Positions 28,382 through 35,741 of a DNA stretch of 64,000 nt are shown here, piece after piece. Within the stretch, counting starts at the first letter, position 1, and each line of letters begins with the position of its first letter. Origin of the DNA: an uncultured Verrucomicrobiae bacterium (GTDB lineage: Bacteria > Verrucomicrobiota > Verrucomicrobiia > Palsa-1439); NCBI GenBank assembly GCA_963712025.1, contig CAVQGJ010000011.1, positions 455,929 through 519,928 of the forward strand. Reading direction: 5' to 3'. Position numbers and translations under genes: made by a program. A model generated the notes under the pieces. The model did no database searches. It was given only the letters and a program-made list of their open reading frames with translations, and had not been told where the DNA came from.

Positions 28382-29198
28382 AGCGTTCTATCAGTTCCGC
28401 AACCGTCCACTGGCTGCTTTCCACGCCTGCCGCTTGTGCGGGAGTCATGCGAATAGCCCCATGCGATTTGCAGAAATTATAGTACGCAAAACTCAGCGCG
28501 ACCGCAGCCTTAAAATTCGGCAGCTTCTTGCTAAAGGCGTTGGTCAACCGGGTGAGGCGTCGGCAGTGCATCCGTAGAGTGTGATTCTGTTTCTCGACAT
28601 GCGAGGTTGTGATTCGGGCAACCAGTGGGTTGCCTTGGATAATTTTCCTTTCGACTTCCACGACCTCTGCCGGGCTGTACCGGCTCGCCGCTTCCTTCGT
28701 GAGATTCGTGACGGAGTAGGTTTTTACAATTTGCCCATAATCGACTTCGCTGCCGAACCCGTAATCGACAGCTTCGGGATAAGTACCAAGAGCGTCTGAC
28801 GAAAGCTGGACGCGATTCGCCAGCCGTCCAGCCAAATCATCCATGAATCGCCGTGCAAAATACCGGTCGCGCTGGCCCACGACAAAGGCAGGAATCAATT
28901 TAGTATCGCAGTCCAAGGCAATCCATGTCCAAACATCGCCATACACGCGCGCCCGTGCCGCGTTCTTTCGCTTGGCTCCAATGAAGCCCCAAATTTCATC
29001 AACTTCGACGTTGCGGCATGGCAGGTTGACCATTTTCGCATCCATGATGGCCTCACAGGCAGTGCCAACGCGGAGGCCTAGCCTCATAATCGTATCCCTG
29101 TGGATGCCCGTCATCCGCTCAATGGAGCGGATGGAATTGCCTTCGGCCAAAGCGCCGATCACCACCGCCTGTTTGTCTGGTTTCAAGTTGTTTGCCAT
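28368..29198 (-). CDS. IS1-family transposase (single-ORF type)
   Basis: 276 aa. N-terminal HTH (EGNSIRSIERMTGIHRDTI). DDE region VEVDEIWGFIGAKRKN..VWTWIALD..LSSDALGTY..TSHVEKQNHTLRMHCRRLTRLTNAFSKK..YYNFCKSH. Confidence 0.8.
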   Translation of the reverse strand: MANNLKPDKQAVVIGALAEGNSIRSIERMTGIHRDTIMRLGLRVGTACEAIMDAKMVNLPCRNVEVDEIWGFIGAKRKNAARARVYGDVWTWIALDCDTKLIPAFVVGQRDRYFARRFMDDLAGRLANRVQLSSDALGTYPEAVDYGFGSEVDYGQIVKTYSVTNLTKEAASRYSPAEVVEVERKIIQGNPLVARITTSHVEKQNHTLRMHCRRLTRLTNAFSKKLPNFKAAVALSFAYYNFCKSHGAIRMTPAQAAGVESSQWTVAELIERCGES

Positions 29199-29226
29199 AT
29201 CGCACCTCTATTCTTTATGGGATTTA

Positions 29227-29272
29227 GTGTACTACAGAAAGTAATGAAGTCAACAACTATTTTGTAGTACAC
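29227..29272. promoter_or_regulatory. operator-like palindrome between the divergent transposase and RHH genes
   Basis: GTGTACTACA (29227-29236) and TGTAGTACAC (29263-29272), a perfect 10-bp inverted repeat with a 26-nt spacer. The core GTAGT resembles the element TIR tip. Confidence 0.45.
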
Positions 29273-29290
29273 AAACTTTTCTTTTGTGCT

Positions 29291-29473
29291 ATGCTTCCTT
29301 CCATGAGCAAACGCATGGGACGGCCCAAGCTGCCCAAGGACGAAGCCCGCAGCATCGTCTTCCAGATTCGTATTTCGCCAAAGGAGCAACGGCGCTTCAA
29401 GGCAGCGGCCCGCAAGGCTGGCAAAGAACCGACCGAATGGGCCAGAAACGCCTTGCTTTCTGTGGCCCTTTAG
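29291..29473 (+). CDS. small ribbon-helix-helix-like DNA-binding protein
   Basis: MLPSMSKRMGRPKLPKDEARSIVFQIRISPKEQRRFKAAARKAGKEPTEWARNALLSVAL. The beta-strand then two-helix pattern is typical of the CopG/Arc type. Confidence 0.5.
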   Translation: MLPSMSKRMGRPKLPKDEARSIVFQIRISPKEQRRFKAAARKAGKEPTEWARNALLSVAL

Positions 29474-29484
29474 CGTATAGAGAT

Positions 29485-29578
29485 TGGCGGAAGCTGAGGG
29501 AGTCGAACCCCCATCGCTGGTCAGAGCGAGACCATTGGGGTGTAAAGTCCAGTTGCGCACCGGCGCGGGTCAGCTTCC
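29485..29578 (-). tRNA. selC-like (tRNA-Sec / allo-tRNA-like) gene with a non-canonical anticodon arm; possibly a pseudo-tRNA
   Basis: GGAAGCUGACCCGCGCCGGUGCGCAACUGGACUUUACACCCCAAUGGUCUCGCUCUGACCAGCGAUGGGGGUUCGACUCCCUCAGCUUCCGCCA. It has an 8-9 bp acceptor stem, a T arm with UUCGACU, a D stem with the 4-nt loop CGGU, a long variable hairpin and an encoded CCA. Confidence 0.5.
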
Positions 29579-29913
29579 AAAAGTGATAGCCTACGCGGGC
29601 CGTGCACAAGATCAGTGGAAGCTGAGTGTGCGCGGCCCGCCCTTTTGTATCCTCGCGCTTGTCCCGGACCGGCCATGCCAGGGGGCGCTCGCGACTAATA
29701 CTTGGTGCATCATGGCGATTTCCTTTCACACGCGCACCATATCGAATCGTGCCTGACCACGTAAGAGACCGGATGGAAAGCGGCCCGTGGCGTTCACGGG
29801 ACACGCTGCCGAGCGGGGGAAGTCTCAGGGGGGACAAGAAGGGGGTGCCTTGGTGTCCCCAAGGGGCTACTGAGGGGGTGCCTTGATGACCCTGCGGGAA
29901 AGCGGACGCGAGA

Positions 29914-30501
29914 CTACTGCGGCGGCCCGCGTTGGAGAAACCTCAGTCCAATCCGATGGCAAAGTTTCTTCGTGCGTCCAATATCACCAACAATGCTCTT
30001 TTGAAGTTTGGAACACAGCCACTCGTGGACTTGTGGAATGCTCCGCAGAGCATTGACCTCGGTTTGGTGTTGCAGGAGTATCTGGTAGATCACCAGAGCC
30101 GTTGTCGCCGCTTTTGGAAGGCGCTCAGGATGCCGGTCATATTTCTGGAAGCATTTAATGCCGTGAAGGAATCCCCGGATGAAGTCCTCGCTTTCTTCCA
30201 GAGTCGAATTCGTGAGCGTGAGCCGTACCGTCGTACCGATAATCACCAGCGTTGACTGGCATTTATCCACCACCAGCTTCGCCTGTTTTGGCGATAGCTT
30301 TTTCATTCCGAGACTGCGACGGTCACGAATGCGGGCGAATTGCGCGAACTGGTATCCCTGCATGGCCCCTTGCCGGAACTTGGTTGATGGTTTTGGGCCG
30401 AGTGGAACGTACATCCGAAAGATGAGATTCGTGACGTTGCCCACCCAAAGCGGCTCCTTGGGGTCCGGCCAAGTGGCGTTCGTTTCGCGTTCCGGTGTCA
30501 A
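29914..30501 (-). CDS. hypothetical protein (up to 195 aa)
   Basis: ORF only. A possible internal start is MKKLSPKQAKL. No recognised domain. Confidence 0.4.
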   Translation of the reverse strand: MTPERETNATWPDPKEPLWVGNVTNLIFRMYVPLGPKPSTKFRQGAMQGYQFAQFARIRDRRSLGMKKLSPKQAKLVVDKCQSTLVIIGTTVRLTLTNSTLEESEDFIRGFLHGIKCFQKYDRHPERLPKAATTALVIYQILLQHQTEVNALRSIPQVHEWLCSKLQKSIVGDIGRTKKLCHRIGLRFLQRGPPQ

Positions 30502-30615
30502 CGCGAGTCACGTTACTACTTCGGTCGCAGGAAAGGCAATTGCACTCTTGCGGTCAGAGTTTGCGCGTGACTACATCACCGGGAGTTGATATAAGCACGA
30601 CGTGGCAGGAATTCC

Positions 30616-31062
30616 ATGAAAGCTGAAATCTTTACCCTTTGCGATGCAGCAACAGCAGATGCGACAACGGGCAAGTTAAACATTCTCGGGAGTTTCGACC
30701 GATTTTGGTTTCCTCAGATGCCCGCAATGACACCGTTCTTTGCCTTGGCAGCCAAAATCCGATTCACGCAGAGCGAGGAAGGAAACAAGAAAATTCGGAT
30801 TCTGTTTATGGATACTGACGGAAAACCGGTAATACCTAAGCTTGAGGTCGTGGCACCAGTTCGTTTTGCACCAAACGATACGACTGCCACTTTGCAGTTT
30901 GCGATGATACTTCCACCGCTAAAACTAGCGAGTTTTGGGGACTACTCGATTGAGTTATCTGTAGACCAGACGGAATTGGCGACGTGCCAGTTGTCTGTGC
31001 GACAATCTCCCCCGTCGCCCCTGTCACCGCAACAATTCCAACCGCCGCCGCCGCCTTCATAA
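30616..31062 (+). CDS. hypothetical protein (148 aa) with Pro-rich tail
   Basis: MKAEIFTLCDAATADATTGKLNILGSFDRFWFP.. ATG preceded by GGAA. Lower GC than the core genome. Confidence 0.5.
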   Translation: MKAEIFTLCDAATADATTGKLNILGSFDRFWFPQMPAMTPFFALAAKIRFTQSEEGNKKIRILFMDTDGKPVIPKLEVVAPVRFAPNDTTATLQFAMILPPLKLASFGDYSIELSVDQTELATCQLSVRQSPPSPLSPQQFQPPPPPS

Positions 31063-31324
31063 GAAAACCCCTCGTGCTATACCAGCCAACGAATCTCCGT
31101 GGATACGGTATAGCCGCGCATGTCTGATTGTCAACCAGTTTGATGCAGACTGGCATTTGAGAAATCTCGTGTACCACCAGAATGGTCGCGCCAATGACCA
31201 GAAGAAGGAGCGGGACCCAAAGCTGTCCGCTTCTGTCAGCGAGCATCATGACCGGAGCCGTTACAGCCGCCCAAGCCAGCGAAAAACGCCAGACGAACCG
31301 ATTATTGCTTTTGAGAATACTCAT
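30836..31324 (-). CDS. putative small membrane protein; 3' end uncertain (the ORF runs antisense into 30616..31062)
   Basis: N-terminal about 85 aa have two hydrophobic helices (FSLAWAAVTAPVMML, LWVPLLLLVIGATILVV). The remainder is probably not translated as such. Confidence 0.3.
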   Translation of the reverse strand: MSILKSNNRFVWRFSLAWAAVTAPVMMLADRSGQLWVPLLLLVIGATILVVHEISQMPVCIKLVDNQTCAAIPYPRRFVGWYSTRGFLMKAAAAVGIVAVTGATGEIVAQTTGTSPIPSGLQITQSSSPQNSLVLAVEVSSQTAKWQSYRLVQNELVPRPQA

Positions 31325-31574
31325 TTTTCAAGTCCCTATATACCTTCAGCACTATTCTAGCCACAATTGCAGTAAATACAAGCGCGTCCGTGATGGCGGA
31401 AATGCTCACCAAATACTCGATTAGCAATATGACGTGTGACGGTTCATCATACCGCATCGCCAGTTTCTCAATGAGAGCAAGACCAACTGCGAACACAAGC
31501 AGGCACAGGCAGAGAATGAATAGTTCAAACGAGTCCCTGATGGTCTGCTTTGTCCCTGCCGAGAGAATCTCCAC
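31302..31574 (-). CDS. small membrane protein (90 aa), AT-rich
   Basis: Hydrophobic helices (LFILCLCLLVFAVGLALI; SISAITDALVFTAIVARIVL). Overlaps the next ORF's start by 23 nt. Confidence 0.4.
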   Translation of the reverse strand: MEILSAGTKQTIRDSFELFILCLCLLVFAVGLALIEKLAMRYDEPSHVILLIEYLVSISAITDALVFTAIVARIVLKVYRDLKNEYSQKQ

Positions 31575-31675
31575 ACGGTTTGTTGTACCGCAAGGTCATC
31601 ATTTACGGAAGCCAAATCAGACGCGGCCCGTTTCCCGTTGACGCGATTCACGCACTGGTGCGATGATGCCGCACC

Positions 31676-31981
31676 ATGAATCCACCGCTCCCGTCCAGAT
31701 TAGGCAAGACATCGCACCGGAAGAACATTCATGGCCACCCGATGGTCTATACTGTGATTGACGAGGATGTATTTATCGCTGCGACAAATCCGAAGAAGGC
31801 GTTTGCGATTCATAAACTGAAATCTACTGATGGCCGAGAGAATTTTCGCATCGGTTACTATATGATTGCTGAACGTCCACGAGTGAAGGGGAAGTGGGCA
31901 TGGGGTCAATTTGCGCCAACAATGTCCAAGGAAGAAATGATAGCTATTTTTGACCGAGCCAAGGCAAAGGGCTGGATTTGA
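31676..31981 (+). CDS. small hypothetical protein (up to 101 aa)
   Basis: ..MVYTVIDEDVFIAATNPKKAFAIHKL..FRIGYYMIAERPRVKGKWAWGQFAP.. Last ORF before the right TIR. Confidence 0.45.
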   Translation: MNPPLPSRLGKTSHRKNIHGHPMVYTVIDEDVFIAATNPKKAFAIHKLKSTDGRENFRIGYYMIAERPRVKGKWAWGQFAPTMSKEEMIAIFDRAKAKGWI

Positions 31982-32019
31982 GGCGAAAGTAGCCCAACCA
32001 CTCACGTCAAGAGCCGGAA

Positions 32020-32039
32020 TTTCAAATTAGGACACTACC
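32020..32039 (-). repeat. right terminal inverted repeat (flanked by TSD AGAAATCG at 32040-32047)
   Basis: TTTCAAATTAGGACACTACC on the plus strand is the reverse complement of 19744-19763. Confidence 0.85.
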
Positions 32040-32110
32040 AGAAATCGGCGGATTTGCGTAATGCACACGGCAACAGCCCTGTAGTGCCGCCAGCAGAGGA
32101 CCATCGGCGC

Positions 32111-34126
32111 TTACCAATGCCCGGCCTGATGGCGAATCGAGAATTCCTGGTAGTGGGTCTTGGGGAGTTCGGCGATGAATCGGGACGGACGCTGGAACCC
32201 GCCCGTGTCGCCGCCGGTCACGCGAAAGACCGGATACGAGAGATACAGTTCGTCCTTTGCCCGCGTCACGGCGACGTAAAACAACCGACGTTCTTCCTCC
32301 TCGCCTTCCAAATTGTCGAGCGACCGCGCGAGCGGGAACATGCCGTCGCAGAGCCCGATCACGAACACGGCGCGCCACTCCTGACCTTTCGCCTGGTGGA
32401 CGGTGCTGAGCCGCACGAACTCCTGTTCGTTCGACGCCCGCAATGACGCGTCCTCGGCTTCCAGGTTCGTCAGCAATGCGAGTTGGCTGAGGAAATCGTC
32501 GATGGTCTCGAACTGCATCGCGAACGCGGCCAGTTGATGCAAATCTTCCTCACGCGACCGCGCATTTGGAAATTTCACCTTCAGATAGCTGGCGTAGAAC
32601 CCCTCGATCACCTGCTCGATCATCTCCGCCGCGCGTCTGGGCTCCACCTGGCGCAATTGATTCAACACCTGCGCCGCCTTCTTCCAGTCATCGACCGCCT
32701 TTTTCGGGATCGCCTCGCTCGTGAGCAGCAACGGTTTGCCCTCGGCCAGGACCGGATGGAACTTCGCCCAGAGTTTCTCGGCGGTTTTCGCGCCGATGCC
32801 GGTCAGCAGTTTCAGGATGCGCTTGAACGCCATCTCATCGTGCGGGTTGACGGCGATTTTCAGGAAGCAACTGACATCCTTGACGTGCGCCTGCTCGAAG
32901 AACCGCAGTCCGCTGGTGATGACGTACGGGATGTTGCGCCGCGTCAGTTCCATCTGCAATTCCATCGCGTGATAATGCGCACGGTACAGCACGGCCACGT
33001 CGTTGAGCGGCACGCCTTCGTCCCGCAACTCCAGAATGCGCTGGGCGACGAAGGCCGACTGCTGGTTGCTGTCGGGGCACGGGATGAGCCACGGTTTGGC
33101 GCCGCCGGAGCGCACGGCCATCAGGTTCTTGGCGAACTGGCGGATGTTGCCCTTGATGGCGTCGTTGGCGAGCGCGAGGATGCCGGGGACGCTGCGGTAG
33201 TTGACCTCGATCTTGAACGTGCGCGCGCTCGGGTACCGCTGCGGGAACCCGAGGATGTTGCGATAGTTCGCCCCGCGCCACGAATAAATCGATTGCGCGT
33301 CGTCGCCGACGACCATCAGGTTGCGATGCACCATCGCGATGGAGTCGATCAACTCCGCCTGGATCTTGTTGGTGTCCTGATACTCGTCGACCAACACGTG
33401 CAAGAACTGTTCGCGATAGTGCGCGGCGACCTCGCCGTACTCCTGAAACAGCCGCAGCGTGTTGACCAGCAGATCGTCGTAGTCCATTGCGTTGGCCTTG
33501 AGCTTGCGTTCGCGGTACACCTCGCGCAACGTCTTGATCGGCCCAGCCAAATGCGAGAAATAGTCGTATTGTTCGGCCAACACCTGTTCGACGGTGCGCT
33601 CCGTGTTCACCGCCAGCGAGTAAATCTCCGCCAACACGTCGCCTTTCGGAAACCGCTCCTGCTTGGTGTCAATCCCCGCTTCCGTCACGCACGCATCGAG
33701 CATGTCCTTCGCGTCCTCGCGGTCGAGGATGGTGAAATCGTTGCCGAAACCGAGCAGCTTCGCGTGTCGGCGCAGGATCCGATTGCCGATGTGATGGAAT
33801 GTCCCGCCCCAAATCGAGGAGATATCCGTCGGAAGCAGATTCTCAACGCGCCGCAACATCTCCTTGGCGGCCTTGTTGGTAAACGTCAAGAGCAGGATCC
33901 GTCCCGGCGGGACCCCGTGCTCGACCAACCACGCCACGCGATACGTAAGCGTGCGCGTCTTGCCGCTGCCCGCGCCCGCAATGACCAGCATCGGCCCGGA
34001 ATTCGCCGTGTCGTCCGCGCCCGTAGCCGTCACCGCGGCATACTGCTGGTCGTTGAGTTCCGCGCGATAGTCGATGTGCAGGTCCCGCGCCCCGTGCGCG
34101 GGCTGCAAAATGTACTCGGGGGCCAT
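32111..34126 (-). CDS. uvrD: ATP-dependent DNA helicase, UvrD/PcrA/Rep family
   Basis: 671 aa. Walker A AGAGSGKTRTL, motif II VLVDEYQDTN, motifs ..VGDDAQSIYSWRGA.., ..LSTVHQAKGQEW.., ..RRLFYVAVTRAK. Confidence 0.85.
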   Translation of the reverse strand: MAPEYILQPAHGARDLHIDYRAELNDQQYAAVTATGADDTANSGPMLVIAGAGSGKTRTLTYRVAWLVEHGVPPGRILLLTFTNKAAKEMLRRVENLLPTDISSIWGGTFHHIGNRILRRHAKLLGFGNDFTILDREDAKDMLDACVTEAGIDTKQERFPKGDVLAEIYSLAVNTERTVEQVLAEQYDYFSHLAGPIKTLREVYRERKLKANAMDYDDLLVNTLRLFQEYGEVAAHYREQFLHVLVDEYQDTNKIQAELIDSIAMVHRNLMVVGDDAQSIYSWRGANYRNILGFPQRYPSARTFKIEVNYRSVPGILALANDAIKGNIRQFAKNLMAVRSGGAKPWLIPCPDSNQQSAFVAQRILELRDEGVPLNDVAVLYRAHYHAMELQMELTRRNIPYVITSGLRFFEQAHVKDVSCFLKIAVNPHDEMAFKRILKLLTGIGAKTAEKLWAKFHPVLAEGKPLLLTSEAIPKKAVDDWKKAAQVLNQLRQVEPRRAAEMIEQVIEGFYASYLKVKFPNARSREEDLHQLAAFAMQFETIDDFLSQLALLTNLEAEDASLRASNEQEFVRLSTVHQAKGQEWRAVFVIGLCDGMFPLARSLDNLEGEEEERRLFYVAVTRAKDELYLSYPVFRVTGGDTGGFQRPSRFIAELPKTHYQEFSIRHQAGHW

Positions 34127-34144
34127 CGTAACAATAGTCAGCCA

Positions 34145-34459
34145 TTACCGCTTCAACGCCCGCGCGAACATCACGGCGGCCATCAGGCTGAGGATCGCGA
34201 GCATCCCCGCCGGCATAAACCGCCGTTTCTTGGCGTAGCGAATGGCGAACAAGACCACCAACAGAAGCGCAATGACTTCGGCGGCTACGAGACTGTCCAG
34301 CGAGCCACGCCATACGCCGAACCCGGTGACCAGCAGCACCAACCCGAAACCAACACCCGAGATCAGCGAAGCTTTGCTGCCCACCCTGGCGAATCCCGCG
34401 ATGCCGCCCAAAATCATGATCACGCCGTACACCCACACCTCAATTGCCGTATTTTCCAT
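34145..34459 (-). CDS. TMEM14/UPF0136-like small membrane protein
   Basis: ATG 34459. Four hydrophobic helices in about 104 aa (GVIMILGGIAGF..SLISGVGFGLVLL..). Confidence 0.6.
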   Translation of the reverse strand: MENTAIEVWVYGVIMILGGIAGFARVGSKASLISGVGFGLVLLVTGFGVWRGSLDSLVAAEVIALLLVVLFAIRYAKKRRFMPAGMLAILSLMAAVMFARALKR

Positions 34460-34607
34460 GGCTACCACCTTAACCGATGGGCACTGACTTTGTCCAGAGT
34501 ACGGGCGAGCCGGTCACGAGCTTCTTTACTTGCGCAGTTGGAAGCCCTTGTGCTACAAATGCGGCACGGAACTTGCACCAGTTAGCCCGGAACCAAGGAG
34601 ACGTTTC

Positions 34608-35579
34608 ATGAGCATGAAAAGAATGCCGAGGTTGTTGTTGTGCGTTTTTGTCGTCACCGTGGGCATGGCTGTTTCTGCACGCCAATCTTTCGCGCAGAAT
34701 CTGGTTGCCCGCAGCCAGTTGCGGCGAACGGTGGATTCTTCCGATCACACACTTTTCGGAAGTGTACTTGTTCAGAAGTTGGCGTCCGGCAAGCAAGAAG
34801 TGTACGTCCAAGTAAGCGGCCTTGGCGAGGTTAACTTCTATGTCGCTCTTGGCCCAATCAGTACGTTTTATAACACAAATTCGCTGGAAAACCTGATCGC
34901 ACCGTTGAACCGGGCCAAGCTCTCGACTGGAGCTTGGAATCGCAGACTGGTGGGCAATGGCTCCGCGCCTTTGGAATTCCAAGAAGTTGACGTGGGCGAT
35001 CTGACCGAACTCGCCGGCCGCTATCTCACTGTCGGCGAGCCGGGCAATGACGAATTGGTCCAGAACACCGCTTTTACCAACGTCGTTAATGGCATCACAA
35101 ACATTATCACCGGGACCTTTATCCCGTTGCCTCCGCCATCGGTCACCAATGGCATTCTCGACATCCTGTGGGCACCCATTCCAACCCTCAGCAGCGACCC
35201 AGGCGCCACCAGCTTCAATCACACCCTGAAGTTGAGCCTTCCGGGCCCTCCGAATCCAAGCCCGAACGCCATTGGAATTCTCAAAACGCGCTTTAACAAC
35301 GCCAGTGGTGAGTCCTTGTTCCAACTCAGAATCAGCCACATGACCAAAGGCCAGACGTACTCCGTCTGGATCGCCAATGACGCAATAGCCCCGACCGCAC
35401 TAGTCAAGGCGGGCGACCTGACCCTAACTGCGGGAGGTTCCTCGGGCACGTTTATTCGCGACACGAGGTTCGGCGATCCCATCCCCCAGAATTACGGGAA
35501 TCCGGGCGAGCTATCGGGACGGGTGATTCAGGTTCGCGATGCCTTTGATGTCATCCATCTGAGCGGCGTGATCCCGTAG
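34608..35579 (+). CDS. secreted hypothetical protein
   Basis: Start moved to MSMKRMPRLLLCVFVVTVGMAVSARQSFAQ (signal peptide). No recognised domain. Confidence 0.6.
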   Translation: MSMKRMPRLLLCVFVVTVGMAVSARQSFAQNLVARSQLRRTVDSSDHTLFGSVLVQKLASGKQEVYVQVSGLGEVNFYVALGPISTFYNTNSLENLIAPLNRAKLSTGAWNRRLVGNGSAPLEFQEVDVGDLTELAGRYLTVGEPGNDELVQNTAFTNVVNGITNIITGTFIPLPPPSVTNGILDILWAPIPTLSSDPGATSFNHTLKLSLPGPPNPSPNAIGILKTRFNNASGESLFQLRISHMTKGQTYSVWIANDAIAPTALVKAGDLTLTAGGSSGTFIRDTRFGDPIPQNYGNPGELSGRVIQVRDAFDVIHLSGVIP

Positions 35580-35741
35580 CCTCCGCTTGCCTCTTCGACA
35601 GATTGCGACGGGCGGCCCGAGTTCCGGGCCGCCCTGTTCGTTTCTTCGAGAAGCGCCCTTCCCTCTCGCCGCAACGAAATATCCTCGACATTCCCGCCGG
35701 GAAAATGGTTTGCTCGGTGTCGAGTGTTCAAGGAAGACATC

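Larger units (their letters stand above)
19744..32039. mobile_element. 12.3-kb transposon-like element with IS1-type ends and about 20 passenger ORFs
   Basis: Perfect 20-bp terminal inverted repeats, an 8-bp direct target duplication, an internal IS1-like transposase, and visibly lower and patchier GC than the flanks. Confidence 0.8.

Noticed and set aside
29617-29626. 10-nt duplicate (GGAAGCTGAG) of the tRNA-like 3' end, 40 nt upstream of its 5' end, considered as an att-site remnant
   Set aside because: It is too short. It also lies on the wrong side (5' of the tRNA) for a classical 3'-end integration scar, and no integrase is present.
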